This document shows positions 12,711 through 24,712 of a DNA stretch of 64,000 nt, in pieces. Below the pieces are notes generated by a model. It made no database searches. It had not been told where the DNA came from and was given only the letters and a program-made list of their open reading frames with translations. How positions within the stretch are numbered: position 1 is the stretch's first letter; each line of letters begins with the position of its first letter. The stretch comes from Octopus vulgaris (Eukaryota). The translations under genes and the position numbers were made by a program. The stretch spans positions 77,314,001 to 77,378,000 of the forward strand of contig OX597824.1 of the NCBI GenBank assembly GCA_951406725.2, given 5' to 3'.

Positions 12711-12849
12711 AAATGTGCTATCTGCGTATATTCCACTGATGAAGGCAAAGCATTTCATACACAGAGTCAGAAATCCGGGATCTGGAATTATCCAGTCATT
12801 TTTTGCTAGTTTATTTTGTATTTTTGTCTTCTCTCCTAGAGCTGTATGA

Positions 12850-13030
12850 ACATTTAATGTGGTTTCAGAGTCAAGTTTTGGTTACTATTTCTGGTGTGGT
12901 GGGATCTCTTAGATATCCTTAATCATAATTTTAATAATTCATTACTACATTTGAGGTTTTTATTCCCATACTAGCCACCTGATAAGATCGGTATCTTAAA
13001 TAACGATCTTATCCTTATTTATATAAATAT
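12850..13030 (+). mobile_element. (TA)n-abutting element terminus related to 52737-52845
   Basis: CTAGCCACCTGAT..CGGTATCTTAAAT..TATCCTTATTTAT-(TA) aligns with 52774-52845. Confidence 0.5.
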
Positions 13031-13056
13031 ATATATGTGTGTGTATATATAGATAT

Positions 13057-13464
13057 TCTTTCTTTTTCCCCTGTCTGTCTTGATAGACAATGGGTCGCGC
13101 CAAGGGTGGGACCTACTTTGATGATGAGCAGCGTCTGCTGTGACTGAACAGTCCAATTCTAGAGTGGCAGTCCCTGGTACAGTTGCTGCACACGAACATC
13201 GATGGGTACATGTGGGGTGTTGCTGCAGTTGTCCTCCTCCTGTCCCACCTGTCCGACCACAGCTGTGCTCTCCTTTCCTCAGCCATGGAAACGCCTTTCC
13301 TCACTGTCCGACGCCAGGCAGAGCGGTCAGCAGCTGTTACCTCCCATGTGTCCACACAGATGTTGGCAGTCCTCAGGTCGCGCTTGCACACATCCCTGTA
13401 TCGTAGCTGTGGACGTCCCTTGGGTCGAGATCCCGTGGTGAGTTCGCTGTACAGGATGTCTTTA

Positions 13465-13468
<4 letters not shown>
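13057..13468 (-). pseudogene. 5'-truncated RTE-clade LINE: ORF C-terminus (13113-13468) plus 3' UTR
   Basis: PKDILYSEL..GSRPKGRPQLRYRDVCKRDL...WE..AADRSAWR and zinc finger CSNCTRDCHSRIGLFSHSRRC are typical RTE C-terminal motifs; frame intact. Confidence 0.92.
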
Positions 13469-13506
<38 letters not shown>

Positions 13507-13842
13507 TATGTATCAAATATATATGCTACAGATGCCATGTGCTTTATGGACATGAGACCCTGGGTAATCCCATAGACCAGAGTTATTTGTTTTTATACTT
13601 TATATATATATATACACACATACATACATCTACATGTGCATGCACTCAAAAATACATAGATATATTTATATGTATGTATAAACATAATGACATAGCTCCA
13701 TGTTGATATTTACCTACATGTACATGTATATATTTACGTCGGTGCTGTACATGAACATACAACTTTCTTTTTATGTATATGTCATCATATATCTCAAAGC
13801 ACTTATGAGAATCCATAAAATGTGTGTGTGTGTGTATGTACG

Positions 13843-13879
<37 letters not shown>

Positions 13880-13965
13880 ATAGTAATGCAATACGAGAGT
13901 ATTGCTTTCCAGTAAAGGATAGCCCGTGAGGGTAAAATTATACATATAAAAGTAAATATTTACTT

Positions 13966-13998
<33 letters not shown>

Positions 13999-14036
13999 CA
14001 GCTATCTATTTACCTATCTATCTATCTATCTATCTA

Positions 14037-14138
<102 letters not shown>

Positions 14139-14801
14139 CATATGTATATATATACATATGTATATATATGTATATATATGCATATATATGTATATATATA
14201 TGTATATATGTATGTATGTATATATGTATATATATATATATATATGAATGGTAAGACAACAAAAAATGAAAGAGACCTTGATATTATGTAAACAGGGGAA
14301 TTTACAGATATATATATATGTGTGTGTGTGTGTGTGGATGCCGAGGGAATTACAGCTATTTGCCCTTCACAAGAAGAAACCCTTTACAAATTGTTGTATC
14401 CTCTCTGTTACGTTGTAATGATAATGAAAAGAAAATAGGCATAGTCATGTAAAACAGACTAAGGTAGAGAGGGTGGTTAAGTGATAACTAGCTCAAGGAG
14501 AGTTTGTTACAGAATAAAAATAAAAATCAGAAACAGCATGTTTGCGATTCAGGTGTTGTAGCATGTTGGTGGGTAAATCTGAATGTTTGGCAGTTCACCA
14601 AGTTACACGCATATGCACACACACACACACATACACACACACATACCCACAAACATACCCACATAATGTGAAGTTAAAAGACAGTGAAAATAGTCAACCA
14701 GTCAAAACATAAACACAGAAACTACACGTTGGGATAATTAAGATGTTAGTTTATGCATTTATACACACACACACACACATACACACACACGTGCATGTAT
14801 C

Positions 14802-14834
<33 letters not shown>

Positions 14835-14848
14835 CATTATCATCCTCA

Positions 14849-14888
<40 letters not shown>

Positions 14889-14975
14889 TTATATATATAT
14901 TATTGCAATACAATAATATTATTTTCCAGAGAAATAAAGCACCATAAAATTTATCGACTGCTGTTTCTAGCCAAA

Positions 14976-15011
<36 letters not shown>

Positions 15012-15045
15012 GTATATTAACTAAAAATAATATCTTATATGCATT

Positions 15046-15098
<53 letters not shown>

Positions 15099-15763
15099 GT
15101 ATATTAACTAAAAATAATAGCTTATATGCATTTATATATATATATATAATTAGAAGTTAAATTAGTCTTGTTAAGGGAGGGTATCATCCAATGATTTACT
15201 GGTTCAGTACCTAATATTTAAATTTATTGGGAATAATGATATTCGTAATATAATAGGTTTGTATATAAATAAAGGTTTATAATCATTCAAATGAAAAATA
15301 AGAAAATGGAGATATAGCATTTAATAAAAATTTCTTATCTGCAAATATCAAACACAGTCTCTTACATCTGTTTCTATTTTCAGTCTGCTGTAATGATTCC
15401 ATAATACAATACATAAAAAACCTAAGGGTATATCTTATGTCTACCCCTCTGAAGAGATTTTTGCCCCCGAAAATGATTTTGATAATATTTATTTATTCTT
15501 TATTGGACTTAACTGAAACATTTCCATTTTCTTACTTTTTATGTATCTATCTATCTTTGTATCTAAGTATGTATGTATGTATGTATGTATGTATGTATCT
15601 ATCTATCTATCTACATATATATATGTAAAAGTAAAAAAAATATACAAACTGGGACAAGAACGTGAAACATTTAGAAGACGACACAAAAAACACGGACGGG
15701 ACATTCAAAGCCCTCAATCATCAGTCAAGAACTGGATCATCTTCGCAATTTCGGCTGATTAAT

Positions 15764-15807
<44 letters not shown>

Positions 15808-15960
15808 CACACACACATACACATGCACACACACACATATACACACACACATATTTACATATATATTCAAGTGAAATTAAGTGGTTAAGTTCGAGGTTTT
15901 TAGTTCCACTCTCTAGCAAGCTGATGCTTTAAGTACCCTCTAATATAATAAAGAATATAT

Positions 15961-16304
15961 GCTGCTGAGACCCTCTTTGGTCATGACTGACCATGGGATT
16001 GCATCTAGAAAGTTACCCTCCGAGGCAACAGTCCGGGCAAGGTTGGTTATGGAAGACCAGTAGTCACCCATGAATAGCAGCCTCTGCTCACCATGCCACC
16101 AGCGTTATCCAAGGGAAAGGCAAAAGGGCCGATACAGCTTGGCACCTGTGATGTCACAACTCATTTCTACAGCTGAGTGAACTGGAGCAATGTGAAATAA
16201 AGTGTCTTGCTCAAGAACACAACGTGCAACCCAGTCTAGGATTCAAACTCACAACCTCACGATCGTAAGCGTGGTGTTCTAACCACTGAGCCATGTGCTT
16301 TCAC
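15961..16304 (-). mobile_element. tRNA-SINE, family A-related head with core Y and tail type 3
   Basis: Head TGGCTCAGTGG...GAGTTTGAATCC; core TTGTGTTCTTGAGCAAGACACTT..GCTCCAGT.CACTCAGCTG; 10-bp TSD AAGAATATAT. Confidence 0.85.
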
Positions 16305-16361
16305 AAGAATATATATATATACATATATATATATACATATATATATATACATATATATATA

Positions 16362-16573
16362 TGTTAGTCACCATGATAGATCGTTAGCCACTACACACAT
16401 TTTTTTTCTCTCCTTGTTTTCCTCCCTTCTTTGGTTATTTGGCATCCCTTTCTGTAGAAGAGCGTAGGCTCGAAACGTAAAAGGCTTTTTCTATTCCTAA
16501 GTGTTATACTAATACAACTGTTTGTTTTGTACACCACCTGTCTTCGTCTTTTGTTTTTTCGTAAACTCTCCCT
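16362..16573 (+). mobile_element. (TA)n-embedded HHR-bearing element (putative PLE terminus)
   Basis: (TA)n on both sides; homologues at 2609, 44260, 54027 and 61975. Confidence 0.78.
16447..16484 (+). ncRNA. Minimal hammerhead-like motif with a variant core
   Basis: CCUUU-CUGUAGA-A-GAGC(GUAG)GCUC-GAAA-CG-UA-AAAGG. Confidence 0.55.
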
Positions 16574-16598
16574 ATATATATATATATATATATATATA

Positions 16599-16865
16599 TC
16601 ATCATCATCATCATCATCGTTTAGTGTCCGCTTTCCATGCTAGCATGGGTTGGATTGTTCAACTGGGGTCTGAGAAGCCAGAAGGCTGCACCAGGCCCAG
16701 TTTAATTTGGCAATGTTTCTATGGCTGGATGCCCTTCCTAACGCCAACCACTCCGAGAGTGTAGTGGGTGCTTTTTATGTGCCACTGGCACAGGTGCCAG
16801 ACGAGGCTGGCAAATGGCATCGATCGGAAGGTGCCTTTTACGTGCCACCAGCACTGGTATCACAG

Positions 16866-16866
<1 letters not shown>
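16599..16866 (-). mobile_element. Family D: RTE-type 3' end with (GAT)n tail
   Basis: (CAT)n then GTCCGCTTTCCATGCTAGCATGGG...GGATGCCCTTCCTAACGCCAACC; multiple copies. Confidence 0.88.
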
Positions 16867-16938
<72 letters not shown>

Positions 16939-17611
16939 TGCATATATGTATGTATGCATGTATTTGGCTTATATAGACACAGACATACATAACACAGATA
17001 TTTTGTACATAACATTTGAAATACCATGCTAGCATGTTGCATGTCAGTGCAGGTGAGTAGTTGATTGAAATTGACTTCCCCACTATTTGGTTGATGCTCT
17101 ATTTTATTAGACGCAAAAGGACAAACAGCTAAGTTGACCTTAGTGTAATTTGAATCCAGAACAAAAAGTGACAGAACAAATACTGCAAGGCATATTGTCC
17201 ATCATTCTCAAGATTCTGTCAATTTTTCATCATGTTTGATTGAAATAAATAAATAAAGATATATAGATATAAATATATAGATAAAAAATAATTTCTCAGT
17301 CAATAAGCTTCTAGTGTCTGCTGTAATTTTATTGTGATGTATAAAATATGGTTTACCACAAAAGTTAGAGATCAACTATTAGAGGTTATTCTTTAAAATG
17401 TTCCAATATTTACCATTGTCATATTCCTATGTCCTTTGGGCAAACATTTTAAAGAACTTTTGTCACAATGGAAGACAAGACAGCTGTAACACAATGTCTG
17501 TCTAAACACTTCTGTATGTTGACCGTATAGACTTGGGAGTAGACAATATCTATCGCTATTCAGCATCATGGTTTTATACAAAATTCTAAATGCCTTGCAA
17601 TTATGCATTGT

Positions 17612-17645
<34 letters not shown>

Positions 17646-17889
17646 ATGTGGGTATGTGTTTGGTGGAGGAAGGTGTTGGCTTGCTTGTGGACACACACAC
17701 ACACACACACACATACATGTATGCACACATGCATGCATGCAAAGAAACACCTCTACATATTTTTTTGTTTATACATATAAACACATATCATACACACACT
17801 CTTTTTGTAATATATATATACACACACACACACAACCACATATATATATAAACACACACACATGCACATATATATACACATATACATAC

Positions 17890-17943
<54 letters not shown>

Positions 17944-17946
<3 letters not shown>

Positions 17947-18110
17947 TTGTAATAGTATGATAACAAAAGAATGAATGAGACCTTCATATAATGTAGGGGA
18001 ATTTATCTGTAGTATAATATGTGACAATTATTCGGTTGCCATAATAAAACTTCGAGTTTTGGATGTCGGGGCGGAAATCTGCTCCAGCATCGTCAGTTAT
18101 TAAGACAAAC
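17944..18110 (-). mobile_element. (TA)n-abutting element with a decayed HHR-like motif (18043-18101); same family as 63690 and 14245
   Basis: Reverse complement AAUAA-CUGACGA...CAUCC-AAAACUCGAAGU-UUUAUU is homologous to 63722-63820. Confidence 0.65.
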
Positions 18111-18179
18111 AAAAATGTTATGAAAAAGACCGTCTGGGAGGAACTTGGTTCAAGTCACAGCTTTTACAGTGTTCACAGA

Positions 18180-18417
18180 GCATTGAGCAGCAGTCATTAT
18201 TATGTCAGCATTTTGACACCTAGTGCAAAAATCATCATGATACAGGTTAAGTATTTTCCACTATTCAGATGGCTTTTAGCCCTCTGCGTCAGCTAACTTT
18301 TTTCTCAGCTGCAACATTAATCGTTATGGCCCCAGTGCTATTGGCTGATCATCAATACATTTAAGCTGTTCTTGAAAATCAGAGACAAAAAATCCTCAAA
18401 TTTAGCCTGAAACATCC

Positions 18418-18421
<4 letters not shown>
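18180..18421 (-). mobile_element. Possible Tc1/mariner terminal remnant
   Basis: Ends in TGAAACATCCTG-TA, resembling a TA-CAGGGTGTTTCA type TIR; no partner end found. Confidence 0.35.
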
Positions 18422-18456
<35 letters not shown>

Positions 18457-18464
<8 letters not shown>

Positions 18465-18745
18465 AATGGCCATATAGGACATTCGACTCACTAGAAAGAG
18501 CAGCCAAAACTCATACCGCTAAATAGTTGTAATTCTGAAATATTTCAGAATTACAACTATTTAGCGGTATGAGTTTTGGCTGCTCTTTCTAGTGAGTCGA
18601 ATGTCCTATATGGCCATTCCTTATATTGTTGAATGTATATTATATAGTCTTTGACTATTTTCTCTTTCTCACTAGACCGCTGGTAGCGGAGAATTTTTTC
18701 TAGAATTTTTTGCTACCCTTATATTTATTAATATATATATATATA
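18457..18745 (+). mobile_element. (TA)n-embedded fold-back element: perfect 170-bp palindrome (18457-18626) plus a ~105-bp tail
   Basis: Exact reverse-complement arms centred on GAAATATTTC (18541/18542). Confidence 0.85.
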
Positions 18746-19189
18746 TACCTTCAAAATTGGTTGTCAGAAAATTTGTATGATTTCCCCAGCCCTTATCTTT
18801 TGTGTGTGTGTGTATGATGGATTATCTTGCCGTGAATGACAAATGAGGGTTCAGTAAAATAAAGCATTAATCATGTTCTATGGACATAAATGTGCCTCTT
18901 GAGGCCTGCTGGTGCCTTGCAAACCTTTTGGCAAATGAACAAGTTGAGGACTCAGTCTGCTTGAGTGCTTGTGGATCACTTACAATATGTTTCCTTGAGT
19001 GGACGGAAATGCCTGTTTTGGTTCATGCCACAAAACCACAATGACATACATGTGTGTATGCATGTGTGTGTGCATACACACACATACACACACACACACA
19101 CATGTACATACTGAAAGACCTATGATAAAGACTTTCCAGTCTTAACTGTTCTAATTGTCAGAAGCAGTGTACCATGGACTACATTTTCC

Positions 19190-19560
19190 AACACATCCAT
19201 TCATTTTTAAGATGGTTGACAGCGAAATTTGAAGGAAATTTGGCTGCTATTTCTAGCAGGTTTAGCCCAATAATCAGGTAGAAGCTATCCCATTGATCTC
19301 ACATAGTTATAGTAATTGTATTAGTAGTAACTGTTGTTGTCCAGTGGGTCCTTCTTTTGTAGACTGTGGTATGATGATTTGACTCCTACTTCTACCAACT
19401 TGGATTAACTATGTAGAGGTTTCCTCAATGAACTCAGGTTGTTATAGTAACTGTATTAATAAGTGTTCTAATAATCCAATGTGTCCTTCCATTTTTATAA
19501 TTTGATGGCGATACGACTGCTATTTTTAACAGTCTGAGCAGCCATGTACAGTGTCCACCT
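19190..19560. repeat. Degenerate tandem repeat, about 135-bp unit x3
   Basis: Recurring GRCTGCTATTTCTA and GTTATAGTAAYTGTATTA..TCCA.TG.GTCCTTC blocks. Confidence 0.55.
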
Positions 19561-19830
19561 TATTGTTTTGTTAGATAGATGTTTCTGTAGTTAGGTCATA
19601 TACTTTCAAGGACACATGAGCCTTGAAGCCCTCTCACTTATCACGACAATTTAGTTCTCACCAAATATCGCCTGATCAAGAGGCTTACAAAGATTAAAAG
19701 ACCCGGGTGTTTGTGTGCGATGAGGAAAACAAAATAAAAAACAACACAAAGGTCAAAATAGAAACTGCAAAAAAAAAAAAAGGCAAAACAGAAAGATTCC
19801 CAAGATAAACATGTGAGTAACAATGAAGGT

Positions 19831-19862
<32 letters not shown>

Positions 19863-20205
19863 AACAGCAGCTTAGCTAAGGTATTTACAGATATATATAT
19901 TAAAAGAATGTTTTTAAAGGTGTGTGGCTATGAATAGCTTTAATTCACACACTTTTCCTGAATCGTTTATATTAATTTATGTGAAAGTCCTAATTTCTGA
20001 TCTCATAGTATAATACCAACACTCCTTGGTTCTTTAGTGTCTCGTCTCTTATGGAGTTCACTCTATTTGCAGCATCAAGAACAGGTTTCTGGTATGAGAA
20101 TAGATCCTTCTTAGAACAAGTGTGTGGTGTTGGTGGTGGTGGTAGTGGTGGGGGATCAACTCAACTAGTTTCAGTCCAATATTAGTATTTCATCAGTGAA
20201 TGAAT

Positions 20206-20588
20206 GGGAAGCACTCTGTCGGTTACGACGACGAGGGTTCCGGTTGATCCGAATCAACGGAACAGCCTGCTCGTGAAATTAACGTGTAAGTGGCTGAGCA
20301 CTCCACAGACACGTGTACCCTTAACGTGGTTCTCGGGGATATTCAGCGTGACACAGAAAGTGACAAGGCCGGCCCTTTGAAATACAGGTACAACAGAAAC
20401 AGGAAGTAAGAGTGAAATAAAGTTGTGGTGAAAGAGTACAACAGGGTCGCCACCACCCCCTGCCGGAGCCTCGTGGAGCTTTCAGGTGTTTTTGCTCAAT
20501 AAACACACACAACGCCCAGTATGGGAATCAAAACCGTGATTCTCCGACTGCGAGTCCGCTGCCCTAACCACTGGGTCATTGCGCCTGC
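20206..20588 (-). mobile_element. SINE family A (tail type 1)
   Basis: Reverse complement of 1275-1657; a further head fragment lies at 20762-20811. Confidence 0.92.
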
Positions 20589-21310
20589 AGTATATATAAA
20601 TACTGTACCATTCTCTCTTCAAAGCCGCCATCTTTCTTTCATCACACACTCGCGTACACACGCACACACATGTACATATGCACACACACGCACATATGCA
20701 CACACACACACACACACTCGCACACAGTGTGTGATCAAATTACATCCTTCAATATAACAAGACTCCGACAGCGAGTCCACTGCCCTAACCACTGGGCCAT
20801 TGCGCCTCCACATATAGATGTAAATAAGTTTATCGAATAAGGAGGTGTTGAAGAATTGTTTTTACTCTTTAACTGCATAAGGTGATTTGTAATATTTACT
20901 GGTGTTGCAACATGGCTGCTACAGAAGTTGCAGGAAGATGTATTCACCACAATGGCGGAAGCAATATTGCAATAATATAAACAAGGACATCGCAAATTAT
21001 TCCCAAATAAATCAAGAATTAAAGAAAAAGCAACAAAAAGCCAGACAATGTAATCACTAAACAAACAGACAGTTTGAGCCTCACTGTTTGCATTTGCACA
21101 ATGGAGAAGTCAAAAGAGAATATATTAATTGGTGATATTAATTGGAAAAAGGAAGAAACAGTATAAACAATGCGAACAATGATAATGACCATGGAAACTA
21201 CCAATAATATTCCATCATTTACAAGCTTTGCAAGGTTAAAAGGGATGTTTCAATTTTAGGCATCTCAGTGATAAGAATGAAACTTGGACGAGGTATATCG
21301 AGAAAGATAA

Positions 21311-21725
21311 GGTGGCGAGCTGGCAGAAACATTAGCGCGCTGGGCGAAATGCTTAGCGGTATTTCGTCTGTTGTTACGTTCTGAGTTCAAATTCCGCCGA
21401 AGTCGACTTTGCCTTTCATCCTTCTGGGGTCAATAAATAAAGTACCAGTTTTGCACTGGGGTCGATGTAATTGACTTAATCCCTTTGTCTGTCCTTGTTT
21501 GTCCTCTGTATATTTAGCCCCTTGTGGGTAGTAAAGAAATAGGTATTTCGTCTGTCGTTACGTTCTGTGTTCAAATTCCGCTGAGGTCGACTTAGCCTTT
21601 CATCGTTTCGGGGTTGATAAATTAAGTACCAGTTATGCACTAGGGTCAATGTAATCGACTTAATCCGTTTGTCTGTCCTTGTTTCTCCCCTCTATGTTTA
21701 GCCCCTTGTGGGCAGTAAAGAAATA
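21311..21725 (+). mobile_element. Tandem dimer of SINE family C (full unit plus 5'-truncated unit)
   Basis: Units 21311-21541 and 21542-21725; single 17-bp TSD TATATCGAGAAAGATAA at 21294-21310 and 21726-21742. Confidence 0.92.
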
Positions 21726-21941
21726 TATATCGAGAAAGATAATGATTCTTTGCCCAAAGAATTTACCCAGGAAAGGGTGGGGAATTATTTATGATTTTCA
21801 AACAACCAGACAGGAATACCTGACAGTCATCTGAAATATTGATATAGACACTGAGTCATGGCTTGTCATTAACTTTGCTTCACAGTACAACTATGTGTTA
21901 AAGCACATGGCTTTGTATTTAGAGTGCTAAGCTCATATATT

Positions 21942-22249
21942 TGTTTTGTTTGTTTCTTCCTTCTCGAGCCATGCCTGGCTCATAAGGGCTGGTTTCCCGG
22001 TTTCCTTGGTGTATAGGTTCTCCACCTGGATGGGACGCCGGTCCATCGCAGATGAGCTGCAAGATGCAGGAGGAAAGAGTGAGAGAAAGTTGTGGCGAAA
22101 GAGTCAGCAGAAGTTCAACATTCTGCCGGAGCCACATGGAGCTTAGGCGTTTTTGTTCATAAACGCACACATCACCTGGTCTGAGATTCGAACCCACGAT
22201 CCCTCGATTGCGAGTCCACTGCTCTAACCACTAGGCCATGTGCCTCCAC
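21942..22249 (-). mobile_element. SINE family A (tail type 2) nested in an older SINE (about 21900-22400)
   Basis: 12-bp TSD AGCTCATATATT; the flanks join into a degenerate head plus core Y. Confidence 0.85.
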
Positions 22250-22639
22250 AGCTCATATATTAGTAAGTCATGGATTCAACACCTGAATGAAGCAGCTTGT
22301 ATTCTTGAGCAAAGATACTTCATCTCATCTTGTGTTGCTCCATTATACTCAGCTGAAAATGAGTAACAGCCAAGTGTTGCAGCATCCCTCTCTCTCCACC
22401 CACCAGCTGGCACATACTGGATGTTCTGCTGGGTCAAGGTGAAGGTGAATGAGAGGGTATCTGTGTCTGCCCAAAACTATACAGGCACTTTAAACAATTA
22501 CTGGAAGTATAGTTTATTTTACCGAGCCATTCTCAAGTGAAACTTGGTTACACTGTACTATAGAGCTTTGAGGGGAATCCACAGATAACCCACAACATGT
22601 TGTTGGGTGGATTCTGCAAATAATATGCAAGTTATTTTG

Positions 22640-22840
22640 ACTTTTACTAGGTTCAGTCATTAGACTATGGCCATGCTGGAGCACTGCCTTGACGAATTTC
22701 AGTTGAAAGAATTGATTCCAATATTTATGTCTTAAAACCTGGTACTTATTCTATTGGTCTTTTTTGCTGAACTGTTAAGTTACAGGTACATAAACAAACC
22801 AGTAGTCAGGCAGTGGTGGAGGACAGACATGGACACAAAG

Positions 22841-22871
<31 letters not shown>

Positions 22872-23030
22872 TACTACAGGGATCGTTCAGTTTCTGTCTA
22901 CCAAATCCACTCACAAGGCTTTGGTCAACATCAGGCTATAGTAAAAGACACTTGCCCAAGGTGTCACACAGTAAGACTGAACCCAGAACCATGTGATTGC
23001 GAAACAAACTTTTTACCACACAGCACACAG
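22640..23030 (-). mobile_element. SINE family B, diverged
   Basis: Homologous to 12306. Confidence 0.82.
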
Positions 23031-23039
23031 CCAGACCTT

Positions 23040-23452
23040 ACTCTTTACTCTTTTACTATTTTACGTGTTTCAGTTATTTGACTGCGGCCATGCTGGTGTA
23101 CCGCCTTTAGTTGAGCAAATCGACCCCCAGGAATTTGTAAGCCTAGTACTTATGCTATTAGTCTCTTTTGCCAAACCGCTAAGTAATGGGGACATAAACA
23201 CACCAGCATCAGTTGTCAAGCGATGTTGGGGGTGACAAACACAGACTCACAAACATATACACACACATACATGTATATATACATCAATACGACGAGCTTC
23301 TTTCAGTTTCTATCTAACAAATCCATTCACAAGGCTTTGATCAACCCGAGGCTATAGTAGAAGACACTTGCCCAAGGTGCCATGCAATGGGACTGAACCT
23401 GTAACCATGTGGTTTGTAAGCAAGCTACTTACCACACAGCCACTCCTATGCC
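23040..23452 (-). mobile_element. SINE family B
   Basis: Homologous to 12306. Confidence 0.88.
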
Positions 23453-23656
23453 TATACTTTGAAATGTTTTTTTTTTTTTCTATTTCACATTTGCATGAAA
23501 ATATAACAGAAGTTTGGTAGGAAGCAGATCAATATGAAACAATGAGATAAAAATATCAGGGTACTTGAAAAGTCATGCAAACAAGTTCTGCAAATCATGA
23601 ATTATTCACTGCATCAAGATTCCTCTGCTAATGGTGATCATCTGGCATCTTAAAAC

Positions 23657-23694
<38 letters not shown>

Positions 23695-23702
23695 CATACA
23701 TT

Positions 23703-23744
<42 letters not shown>

Positions 23745-23747
<3 letters not shown>

Positions 23748-23943
23748 TTATCAATAATAAAGGGTGAAATTAATTAATTTAGAAATTATCATTAATTTCA
23801 CCAAGTAGAGTTCGGCATGTAAAAGCCCCATTCAAGGAAGGTTTAAGTAATACTAAGTAATTAAGGGTTTAGCAACGATTTGACTGCTATTTCTAAATTC
23901 GGTGTGCGGTGAGGCAAATCGTTGCAAAACTCTTAATTACTTA

Positions 23944-23947
<4 letters not shown>
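23745..23947 (-). mobile_element. (TA)n-embedded element with terminus ATAAAGGGTGAAAT and a 35-bp-arm inverted repeat (23850-23947)
   Basis: Homologous to 51905-52150; inverted repeat ATACTAAGTAATTAAGGGTTTAGCAACGATTTG / CAAATCGTTGCAAAACTCTTAATTACTTAGTAT. Confidence 0.78.
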
Positions 23948-23989
<42 letters not shown>

Positions 23990-24245
23990 TTGATAAGCTT
24001 CAACTCAGTTTGTGTCTACTAAATCCTCTCATAAGACTTTGGTTAGCCAGAGGCTATAGCCGAAGACACTTGCCTAAACTGTCACACAGTAGGGTTGAAC
24101 CTAGAACCCTGTAGTTGTGAAGGAAACTTCTTACCACACAGCCATGCGTCAGCTATTTGTACTCAGAAATTAATATGCCAGTGTTATCCAATTTTGATCC
24201 AAGGCCTACTGCCCTATATTGGCCAAATATAAAAAAAAAAAATAC

Positions 24246-24712
24246 AGGCGCAGGAGCGGCTGTGTGGTAAGTAGCTTGTCTACCAACCACATGGTTCTGG
24301 GTTCAGTCCCACTGCGTGGCACCTTGGGCAAGTGTCTTCTACTATGGCCTCGGGCCGACCAAAGCCTTGTGAGTGGATTTGGTAGACGGAAACTGAAAGA
24401 AGCCCGTCGTATATATGTATATCATCATCATCATCATCATCATCATTTAGCATCCGTTTTCCATGCTAGCATGGGTTGGACTATGTGTGTGTGTGTTTGT
24501 GTGTCTGTGTTTGTCCCCTAGCATTGCTTGACAACCGATGCTGGTGTGTTTATGTCCCCGTTACTTAGCGGTTCAGCAAAAGAGACCGATAAAATAAGTA
24601 CTGGGCTTACAAAAGAATAAGTCCCGGGGTCGAGTTGCTCGATTAAAAGGCGGTGCTCCAGCATGGCCGCAGTCAAATGACTGAAACAAGTAAAAGAGTA
24701 AAAGAGTAAAGA
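24246..24712 (+). mobile_element. SINE family B, young, with a 60-bp family D tail inserted at 24421-24482
   Basis: Near-identical to 12306 and 48565. Confidence 0.92.
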
